Source: Callorhinchus milii
Lineage: Eukaryota
DNA length: 64,000 nucleotides
Direction: 5' to 3'
Assembly (NCBI RefSeq): GCF_018977255.1
Contig: NW_024704743.1
Span: forward strand, 97,652,001 to 97,716,000
Each line of letters opens with the position of its first letter. Positions within the stretch are counted from its first letter, which is position 1. The notes below the pieces were generated by a model, which was given only the letters and a program-made list of their open reading frames with translations, was not told the DNA's origin and made no database searches. A program made the position numbers and the translations under genes. Below are positions 57,201-64,000 of the stretch, in pieces.

Positions 57201-60017
57201 TAATGCATGTGCAGTTGGCACACCAAGGCGCTGCCAAGAGCAAGCAAGCAAATGACAACCTCAACTCGGAGTTGAGTAACCTTTTCTGGTGTTTATTGGA
57301 TGAACATCAATTAAATTTTTTTTGTTTCGGTGGTGTTTTATCGATATTTATTGGTTAAAAACAATAATCAGAAGCCCTAATTAATCGAATCAAACCATCA
57401 TTTAGCAGAATAAATTAAATATTTAGTCATAAAATGGCCAACACAGAACAAAATAACCATTTGGACTAGAAGAACTTAGATTTCATATCATTAAATCTAG
57501 GATCAATAGTACTTGAACTTCACAGCAATATGAATGTAATTAAAGGCTATCAAAAGCTATTAATGTGCACTATGAAATATCATTAAGAGTTACTCACCAA
57601 TAGTTTTGATAATAGTATCCTGTACAACCTTCTCATCGTGGTTTGTCAAAGTCCCTGTAGAGCTACGTTTGTTCGACAACTCAAAATCCACGCTGAGGCG
57701 CAAATGTTTCAACAATGTGTTGAAAACTTCCAAAACAGTTGGCCCTGCATTAAAAACACACTTTTAAAAATGAGTATTGCAGTCTGAACATTAAGAGGAA
57801 GGTTTGTGAAATTTGCTATGGGTGGGGAGGAGGAGAGAAAAAATATAAAAGCTCTACAGTTATATCAAAATGCCAATTATTCAATAATCAAAAATCTGAA
57901 ATCATAAAACAGCAATTGTAAGTGTTTGTAGCTTCACTGGTTTGTTAATTGTAAACTATATTTTTTTGGATAACAGTAAACACTAGCAGCAATTATATGG
58001 AATATTATATGTATTCATAATTACAGAAAAGGGAAGAGACTAAATATAGCTGAGCCGTTTAAGGATGTAACACATTTAGGAACTCAAGTTCCAGAGAGTA
58101 GTAGGGGTGGGAGGAGATTGCAAAGGTAGGGTGGGGCAAGCTAATCATATTCTTTCACTCAACACAACAGGGAGCAAAGCTGAATCTTGGCACCTGCATA
58201 GGAACGGCTGTCAAGTACAGATACATATATAAATTGAGAATGATAGGCAATAAATAGAGGCCACGTGGAAATGCTCCATCTCTTTATTTGCCACTAAAGT
58301 AGCCACATAGCTGGGGCATAAAGTTTCCAGATGTCAAACCTGGAATTCAATAATGATAATATATTCCCCATTAATGTTGGGCCATGAATTAATTCTAACA
58401 GTAATTTTTGTATTTATAGGAAGTTAAGTCTCGTCATAAAATGGGAAGAGAGGTTCAGCCCAGACTGAATAGACATGTGGACAAGGAAGGGCCAAGCATG
58501 TAAACACTGGCACACAGAGACATGCTGTAGCTAGCCCTGTACCAGATGCTAAAGAGAATGCTTTACGATGGTTGATGCCAATCAAATTAATGAAATAAAG
58601 GCATCACAATTACTAAATGTGCACACAAGAGGGTACTGGTATTACATCGACTATGCAAACTCACTGCTTGTTGGCCTCCCCAACTCCTCCCTCCACAGGC
58701 TGCATCCGCGACCCATTCACCCCCATTTTTGCCCAACTCCACTGGCTTCCCATCACACAGAGGATACAGTTCAAGATCCTGGTCCGCACATTCAAAGCCC
58801 TACCACTCCAACCTTCTAACCCCCTACCATCCTGTTCACTCCCTCTGCTCAGCGGGCTCTGGCCTGCTTCACTTCCCCCGCCTTGCTTGCTTGCTTGCTT
58901 GCGGGCGGGCCATCTGCCACTCTGCACCCACCCTCTGGAACTTCATCCCGCAGTACCTCCGTCTCGCCCCTTCCCTCACCACCTTCAAGACTCTCCTCTT
59001 CGACCGTGCTTTCAATCTTCCTGCTTCCCTCAGCTCGGGTCCGTAAATCTGTCTGTCCTGCGCTTTGGGATGTCCTCCTGACGTGAAAGGAGCTTTACGA
59101 ATGTAATTTTGTTGTTGTTATTGCCTTCCATTGCTTAAAACAAATATTGCTTCTATCATGTAATTAAAGCAGAAACTTGGGAGGTCAAGTGTTGGCTCTA
59201 ACAACACATTCAAACAATTTCCCAAAAAAGAGCAGGCCCCACCCCCCCCGCGCCCCATACATACACCAAAAAAAAGGAAGTCAACAAATATAGAGAAGTA
59301 AAACCTCAGTGCTAAATGAATTGGTTGTTGGATATCCCACCACTATTTTTCACCCCTTTCAGTTCTTCGTACCTACGGAGCCTTTTGCTGCTATTGCTAC
59401 AGTCTCTAAAAGAACCTGTACAATGCCGGCTCGGACCCTAGGCGAGTCCTTGTTGTGATTATCCAAATGTCGAAGAATCTGCTGAATCACATGGTGAGAG
59501 TGCTGAGCCTGAATATGGAAGAAAACAAAATATCATTTCCATGTTGCACAGCACAACTATTACAGCTTTATGCTCTGTGTATTTTATCTATAATATAAAT
59601 ATAACCATATGTACAGCAGGTAATTTCTCTGTCTCCCCTTCACTGAAAATAAAATGGCACTAACTTTATGACGACAGCAAAACACATCATAGACAGATAA
59701 ACTCGGAAATAATTGTGAACAATCCCCAATATATTATCCAACAATTGAATCATTTTTCAAAATTATATTGTCATAAGACTGGCTCTATTTAGATGCTCTG
59801 CTGCCGCAAAATAAAAGGGCATCCAGTAGTTGTGCTGAAACACTAAAAAGATCATTTTAAGACACATGATAGAGGGAGAAAAAAAAATACAATCTCATTA
59901 CATTCCTTCCAAGGTAAATGCGTGTTGCATACACCTACCTGTATAGAATACATTGTGATTTTAAAGCAAGAAACAGCAAATTCATTTGGTTCCCAGAGCT
60001 GGTGATTGTCTAAATGC
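18138..60017 (-). CDS. EFR3A: EFR3 homolog A (PI4KIIIalpha plasma-membrane anchor), last 16 coding exons; 5' exons lie beyond the window
   Basis: Spliced minus-strand translation runs from [38 protein letters not shown] to [38 protein letters not shown]. All 15 introns are GT-AG with matching phases. The OC90 neighbourhood favours the A paralogue over EFR3B. Confidence 0.95.
18530..18720 (-). mobile_element. SINE 3' half
   Basis: Tail plus Deu-3' segment. Confidence 0.8.
19130..19179 (-). CDS. EFR3A: EFR3A exon ([16 protein letters not shown])
   Basis: 50 nt; ttttcacag / gtaagt. Confidence 0.94.
19725..19828 (-). CDS. EFR3A: EFR3A exon ([35 protein letters not shown])
   Basis: 104 nt; aaagcag / gtgagg. 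Confidence 0.94.
20238..20615 (+). mobile_element. tRNA-derived SINE (long variant)
   Basis: Full length. Confidence 0.9.
21457..21505 (-). CDS. EFR3A: EFR3A exon ([16 protein letters not shown])
   Basis: 49 nt; ttcctcag / gtatgc. Confidence 0.93.
22687..22775 (-). CDS. EFR3A: EFR3A exon ([20 protein letters not shown]..)
   Basis: 89 nt; ttttttag / gtgcga. Confidence 0.93.
24103..24436 (-). mobile_element. tRNA-derived SINE with near-perfect L2-type tail
   Basis: Tail reads GCGCTTTGGGACGTCCTCCTGACGTGAAAAGCGCT on the element strand, followed by a long (TTA)n. Confidence 0.92.
26100..27160 (+). mobile_element. Degraded CR1 LINE with nested SINE and L2 tail
   Basis: [12 protein letters not shown] RT remnant (GACAAAGTGCCACATAACAGATTA) and a CR1-type 3' end. 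Similar fragments lie at 5720-6090, 19925-20150, 49694-50430 and 53720-54020. Confidence 0.6.
26289..26597 (-). mobile_element. tRNA-derived SINE nested in a CR1 remnant
   Basis: Full length. Confidence 0.9.
30163..30290 (-). CDS. EFR3A: EFR3A exon ([27 protein letters not shown])
   Basis: 128 nt; attaatag / gtatga. Confidence 0.93.
30989..31301 (+). mobile_element. tRNA-derived SINE
   Basis: Full length; B box GGTTCAATTCC. Confidence 0.92.
31698..32154 (+). repeat. 5' LTR
   Basis: Starts TGTAAACTGATTTAAGAGTGCAGCTGAGACACC, ends ..TTGCA; ATTAAA at 32104; homologous throughout to 38995-39482. Confidence 0.9.
32158..32175 (+). promoter_or_regulatory. Primer-binding site, tRNA-Arg(CCT)-like
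   Basis: TGGCACCCTAGACGGGAC lies 3 nt after the LTR; 16/18 match to TGGCACCCCAGATGGGAC, the complement of the vertebrate tRNA-Arg(CCT) 3' end as I recall it. Confidence 0.8.
32221..33790 (+). mobile_element. L2-clade LINE, 5'-truncated (RT to 3' tail), nested in the provirus leader
   Basis: [66 protein letters not shown]; tail GCGCTTTGGGATGTCCTCCCGACGTGAAAGG. Confidence 0.93.
34068..35050 (+). pseudogene. Frameshifted gag remnant
   Basis: Coiled-coil-like N-terminal part ([42 protein letters not shown]) and capsid-like C-terminal part [30 protein letters not shown] (about 34856-34945, MHR-like QxxxExxxxFxxRL). Confidence 0.8.
35058..35376 (-). mobile_element. L2 3' fragment at the gag/pol junction of the provirus
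   Basis: Reverse complement of the L2 3' end ([19 protein letters not shown]). Confidence 0.88.
35377..36230 (+). pseudogene. pol remnant: end of tether/connection domain and retroviral-type RNase H, interrupted by a SINE
   Basis: [71 protein letters not shown][SINE][12 protein letters not shown]. Protease and RT are absent. Confidence 0.85.
35841..36155 (-). mobile_element. tRNA-derived SINE inserted in the proviral RNase H
   Basis: Flanked by duplicated CATAGTAA (35836-35843 and 36154-36161). Confidence 0.92.
36330..37250 (+). pseudogene. pol remnant: integrase, interrupted by a CR1 fragment and internally deleted
   Basis: [24 protein letters not shown] (HHCC zinc motif), [28 protein letters not shown] (core start) and [10 protein letters not shown] (C-terminal motif). 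Confidence 0.85.
36482..36770 (-). mobile_element. CR1 3' fragment inserted in the proviral integrase
   Basis: ORF 36583..36771 reads [49 protein letters not shown], the CR1 ORF2 C-terminal motif. Confidence 0.9.
37590..38900 (+). pseudogene. Env-position coding remnants (possible F-type fusion glycoprotein)
   Basis: Open stretches 37591-37776 and 38476-38697 (..[40 protein letters not shown]) between integrase and the purine tract. Confidence 0.45.
38165..38400 (+). repeat. GA-rich degenerate microsatellite inside the provirus
   Basis: (GA)n with GAGACT variants. Confidence 0.9.
38995..39482 (+). repeat. 3' LTR, preceded by purine tract AAGGAAGGAC
   Basis: Starts TGTAGGCTGATGAAAGAGTGCGGCTGAGACACC, ends ..CATTACA followed by the GGAT TSD. 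Confidence 0.9.
40442..40509 (-). CDS. EFR3A: EFR3A exon ([22 protein letters not shown])
   Basis: 68 nt; ttttttcag / gtaagt. Confidence 0.93.
41066..41197 (-). CDS. EFR3A: EFR3A exon ([44 protein letters not shown])
   Basis: 132 nt; ataatag / gttagt. Confidence 0.94.
41416..41577 (-). CDS. EFR3A: EFR3A exon ([23 protein letters not shown])
   Basis: 162 nt; gttttccag / gtaacc; overlaps ORF 41362..41565. Confidence 0.94.
41930..42330 (-). mobile_element. Older Deu-domain SINE (SacSINE1/AmnSINE1-like), near full length
   Basis: Element strand contains GCTGACAC..TCCAATGCAGTGCTGG..GGAGGTGCCG..TTCAGATAAGATGTTAAACCGAGGTCCTG..CAGGTGGACATTGAAGATC, which matches my recall of the Deu core. Confidence 0.75.
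45152..45227 (-). CDS. EFR3A: EFR3A exon ([25 protein letters not shown])
   Basis: 76 nt; ccaattag / gtaatt. Confidence 0.93.
45590..46055 (+). mobile_element. L2 3' fragment
   Basis: LHWL..RI.FK-type coding remnant, ending GCGCTATATAAATCCAAG(TTG)n. Confidence 0.85.
46603..46775 (-). CDS. EFR3A: EFR3A exon ([35 protein letters not shown])
   Basis: 173 nt; attag / gtaaac. Confidence 0.94.
47376..47427 (-). CDS. EFR3A: EFR3A exon ([17 protein letters not shown])
   Basis: 52 nt; atttacag / gtaagt. Confidence 0.92.
47445..47670 (-). mobile_element. Deu-SINE 3' part abutting an EFR3A acceptor
   Basis: (TAA)n tail and Deu-3' segment. Similar remnants lie at 10375-10555, 40612-40805, 45300-45535 and 52830-52930. 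Confidence 0.7.
49561..49691. mobile_element. 131-bp MITE with 38-bp terminal inverted repeats and TA target duplication
   Basis: CTCTCCTGTCTAAATGGTAGCATTTAACACCAAATGTG matches the reverse complement of 49654-49691 with one mismatch; TA on both flanks. Confidence 0.75.
50590..50815 (-). mobile_element. Degraded L2 3' fragment
   Basis: Reverse L2 tail (AAAATTACATTTATACAGTGC..GAGGACATCCC) with upstream body. Confidence 0.6.
51986..52303 (+). mobile_element. tRNA-derived SINE
   Basis: Full length, ending 55 nt from an EFR3A donor site. Confidence 0.92.
52358..52472 (-). CDS. EFR3A: EFR3A exon ([24 protein letters not shown]..)
   Basis: 115 nt; tgttttag / gtaaat. Confidence 0.94.
55822..56142 (-). 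mobile_element. tRNA-derived SINE (long variant, degraded)
   Basis: Reverse complement of the family consensus. Confidence 0.8.
56996..57379. mobile_element. hAT-like non-autonomous DNA transposon
   Basis: Terminal inverted repeat TAGGGCTTCTG / CAGAAGCCCTA with GGTGTTTTATCG-like subterminal motifs; no clean TSD. Confidence 0.5.
57598..57744 (-). CDS. EFR3A: EFR3A exon ([25 protein letters not shown])
   Basis: 147 nt; atgcag / gtgagt. Confidence 0.94.
58640..59120 (+). mobile_element. L2 3' fragment
   Basis: [25 protein letters not shown]2 tail ending in (TTG)n. Confidence 0.85.
59373..59508 (-). CDS. EFR3A: EFR3A exon ([22 protein letters not shown])
   Basis: 136 nt; ttcag / gtacg. Confidence 0.93.
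59939..60017 (-). CDS. EFR3A: EFR3A exon ([26 protein letters not shown])
   Basis: 79 nt; gtttccag / gtaggt. Confidence 0.93.
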
Positions 60018-60084
60018 CTGGAAACATAAGAAATTTAATAAAGTATTAGTTGATAACATATCCAACAATTAATCTTTGTAGCCC

Positions 60085-60445
60085 CACGATGGGTCTTTCA
60101 GACTGAGTCTAGGCTGACACTCAGTACCAGCACTGAATTGACACAGAATATTTCATCCTTCAAATGAAATGTTAAACAAGGACCAGTCAGCCTGTTCACC
60201 TGGACTTTAAAGATCCCATGGCACTATTTAACTAATTTTATCTGGGGGATTGGTATTGGTCACCAATCCTTCAGATAAAATTGATCATTCATTCATGACT
60301 GTTTTGGGGAAACTGTTGTGTGCAAATTAGCTGCTGTATTTGCATTAAAATACTACACTTTACAGTAGAGTACTGTGAAAACCTTCAAGACATTGACAAT
60401 GTAATGAGGCGCTGTATGAAATGCAAGGATTATTGCTATTATTAT
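60085..60445 (+). mobile_element. Older Deu-domain SINE
   Basis: GGCTGACACTC..GTTAAAC..AAAGATCCCATGGCACTATT..TGTGCAAATTAGCTGC plus tail. Confidence 0.75.
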
Positions 60446-62149
60446 GAAAAATTCTGAGGAGTATAAACTTAAAGGAGCAATACAATTTAGTTTGGACTTG
60501 CAAACAGTAAAAAAAAACCTACTTTTTTCTTCACTAAATTTAGGATTTTTATGTTAATATCAACTGTTTATATTAAGTTTGCAACAGAGCTGCAGTAAAG
60601 CATGCTGGACAGTAATACTACAACTATAAGTGGGAAAAAAAATCAAAATAACTTAAAAACTGGCATTCATATGAAAGCAATGATTTACAATGAGACTGGG
60701 ATATTAAATTTTTACCACTGCAGCTTGCACCAAAACACCAGAAAACAATCCAACAACATTAGAAAATGATCCATGACCACAGTCATGCTAAATTGTCATG
60801 CTAACTTCAGCCAATCTATGTTACAACCACATATGAGGGTAACCCCATTTGAGTTCAAGAGTACATTATGGGTCTATTCACCTTGTCTTTTCTCAGTCAC
60901 ACCAAGTTACATGATGTGACTACATTTTGAAGGAGTCTATCCTATTTTCTTATCTTCAACAGAATCAGGAATCTGGGGAAATTGCAAATTTATGTCCCGA
61001 GTGCAGAGTTCAGTGAAAATTACAGCAGCTATCAAATATTTCTACTTCAAGGTTATTTGAATAGTCTTAAACATTCAGCAGTGATTGTAGGCGAAACCAA
61101 ATTACCATATCATACTTTTATCATCACCTAGTGCAGTATGCAGTTTAAATTAATTTTTTTTAAAAACAGAGACATGAAACCTTTCATTGCGGGTTTTGAC
61201 TATTTACTGAACAAAATGCTTTGCTGGCAGAATATACTTTCAGAACTTCAACAGAAATACACCACAGGAGCCATAACGAAATAAGCAGCACTGGCGTTTC
61301 CTTGGTAACGGATTAACTTAACTCAAAATGACTCCCGCACACAGGATTAAGTCACAAAGCCAGTTGCATGACTGGCTGTGTTTATTTATTTTGGATACCC
61401 ATCACCATGCTTAAGAATATCCAAACCAAACAGGGTTCCATGCATCCCACTTGCACATGGTAATTCCAGAGATGTTTATTGGAATGAAAGAGTGCAATCT
61501 TTCCCCGGAGAGACTCATCCTGCTTAACTAATTCAGAAAAGTACAGTATTAAATGTAGGATGGCAAGAGCCAAGGCTTGGGGACCCCAGAATGTGCACTG
61601 GGGTTTTCCATTGAAACACTGTCTGGCAAGCTTTCCTACTGCAAAGACCACACTACCCATTAAGGCTTTGGCTTACAGGGTCAATGAGAGTTTACTGGGA
61701 AGAGTCCCTGCCCCATACTGACTGATCTGCCTTTCCAAGTCCTGCCAATGAGCCAGGCTGGCTGTGCTGTCATCAACAGTGCCCTGGAATACTGCAGATC
61801 TGTCCGGCTCAGGTACTAGATTACTGAGATAATCTACAGAAAGTGGATTGGATTCTGACATTCCATTGACAAATATGTTACCTTGGAGCTACTTGAGCTT
61901 CAGGAGACTCTGTTTATCACTCCACACCCCACCATGAGGATAGTCACCAGCTGGTCATTTGACATCCGACAAGCACGGGTTAGCGCCCTCACTAGGTGGA
62001 TGGTAGGTACAAGGAACTCTGCAAACAATCAAGGTACATTCCAGGCACTGAATGTGTCCCTTCCAGCATTTGTTGCCTCAAGCCTCGGAGTTTCCTCATC
62101 AGTTATCTGTCAGATATCTACCTTCAGCATGGTGTCGTCTATCTTCAAG

Positions 62150-63612
62150 AGCTGTCATCACCCCCATCCTGAAACAACCTTCCCTGGACCCATCCTACTC
62201 TTCAGCTACCGCCCCATCTCTAACCTCCCATTCCTCTCCAAGATCCTGGAACAAGTCGTCGCGTCGCAGCTCCGCTCCTTTCTCTCTCACCATTCCCTCT
62301 TTGAACCCCTCAAATCTGGCTTCCGCGCTGCCCACAGCACAGAAACAGCCCTGGTCAAAGTCACTAATGACATTCTGAGCATCTGTGTTCAGGGCTTCCT
62401 CTGCCTCCTTGTCCTCCTCGACCTCTCTGCCGCCTTCGACACTGTCGACCACTCCATCCTCATACACCGCCTCTCCTCCTTTCTTAAACTTCGCAGACCT
62501 GACCTTGCCTGGTTCGATTCCTATCTCTCTCACCGTCTCCACTTCGTTGCCTCTAACGGTTTCTCCTCCAGCCCCCGCACTGTCACGTCTGGCGTTCCCC
62601 AGGGCTCTGTCCTTGGCCCTCCTCTTTAATATCTATGTGCTCCCCCTTGGTGACATCATTCACAGACATGGGGTCAACTTCCACATGTATGCGGATGACA
62701 CCCAATTCTATCTTTCTGCCTCCACCCTCAACTCCAGGACCACTGCTGTCCTGACAGACTGCCTGTCGGACATCAAGTCCTGGATGAGGGCAAATTTCCT
62801 ACAGTTGAATGTGAACAAGACTGAGGTCCTCCTGATTGACTCGCGCCAGTGCCTCAGCACCTCAGGCTCTGTCAACATCAACCTCCATGGTTGCCCACTG
62901 CAACTCACCAAGTCAGTCAGGAACCTAGGTGTCTTGTTCAACCCTCAACTGTCTTTTCTTTCCCACATCCAAGCCATGACCCGCTCTGCCTTCCCTCACC
63001 TCCGTAACATCGCTTGACTCCGCCACTACCTTGTTCATGCTTTCATCACCTCAAGGCTCGATTAGGCAAACGCCCTGCTTGTCGGCCTTCCCAACTCCTC
63101 CCTCCACAGGCTGCAGATAATCCAGAACTCTGCAGCCCGTGTCCTCTCCCGCACCAAACTCTGTGACCCCATCTCCCCCATTCTCGCCCGACTCCATTGG
63201 CTCCCTATCCTTCAGAGGATCCCGTTGAAACTCCTGATCCTCACATACAAAGTCCTCAATGGTCTCGCCCCACCCTATCTCTGTGACCCCCTAACCCCCT
63301 ACCAACCCGCCCACTCCTTCTGCTCAGCCGGCTCTGGCCGGCTCCATGTCCCCCGACCCACCCACCCCACCATTGGCGGGAGAGCCTTCAGCCACTCTGC
63401 CCCCAACCTCTGGAATTCCATCCCCCAATCACTCCACCTCGCCCCCTCCTTAGCCTCCTTCAAGTCCCGCCTCAAACCCCTCCTCTTCGACCATGCCATT
63501 GGTCACCCTTCCCCTCCCGACCCCAGCTCAGGTCTGAAATGCTGTACACTGTGCAGCGCCTTGGGCGTCCTCCTGATGTGAAAGGCGCTACATAAATGTA
63601 ATCTTGTTGTTG
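62150..63612 (+). mobile_element. L2-clade LINE, 5'-truncated with 3' tail
   Basis: RT motifs [31 protein letters not shown]; tail GTCCTCCTGATGTGAAAGGCGCTACATAAATGTAATCTTGTTGTT. Confidence 0.93.
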
Positions 63613-63779
63613 GTGAGAGGATTATGTGTAAGGGACACCATTAAAAAGTCTTGGCCATCTTGCCAGTATGTTTTTCGTTCATGGAAGAGACGTGTTGCAC
63701 GTGGACCGTTACCCTGTGGAACCCTTGTTTACACCTTAGCTCAAAACATAAAAATCTCCTCTCTGTCTGTTAGCCAGGA

Positions 63780-64000
63780 GCCTCTCTTCAGCCGCTCTTC
63801 CCCCACACTCTGGAACTCCATCCCATGGTCCCTTCGCCTCGCTTCCTCCCCTCGCATCCTTCAAGACTGATTTCAAGACCCTTCTCTTCAACCGTGCCTT
63901 TGGTCTCCCTCCCACCTATCTGCCTTCCCTCTCCCCTACACCACCGCTCCCCCATGCTCAGGTCCCGACATCTGACTGTTCAGCGCTTTGGGACGTCCTC
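63780..64000 (+). mobile_element. L2 3' fragment running off the window
   Basis: Closely similar to 33530-33750. Confidence 0.85.

Noticed and set aside
61883..62629. 248-aa ORF as an intact gene or active RT
   Set aside because: Non-L2 sequence fused in frame to a frameshifted L2 RT fragment; no endonuclease domain and stops downstream.

Overview
AT-rich vertebrate genomic DNA with spliced genes and dense interspersed repeats. The repeat set (Deu-domain SINEs, a tRNA-derived SINE with an L2-type tail, L2 and CR1 LINE fragments) suggests a cartilaginous fish, possibly a chimaera; this is inference only. Two genes converge tail to tail. The last four coding exons of otoconin-90 (OC90, + strand, 1-6957) encode the second PLA2-like domain and a long Arg/Gly/Pro-rich tail. 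The last 16 coding exons of EFR3A (- strand, 60017 to 18138) were reconstructed by hand with GT-AG sites and consistent phases. The main unusual object is a decayed provirus at 31698-39482 inside an EFR3A intron, antisense to the gene. It has two TG...CA LTRs, a 4-bp GGAT target-site duplication, a tRNA-Arg primer-binding site, gag with a coiled-coil N-terminus and an MHR-like motif, a retroviral-type RNase H, integrase, and env-position remnants resembling a class I F-type fusion protein. This architecture suggests a lokiretrovirus-like lineage rather than an ordinary Gypsy element. Other observations: a candidate frame-preserving EFR3A microexon (28699-28734), a mosaic tRNA/CORE-like/Deu/L2-tail SINE, two compact hairpin elements, a probable solo LTR, a hAT-like MITE and an unidentified three-copy old repeat. 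Family names come from recall of known sequences; no searches were run.
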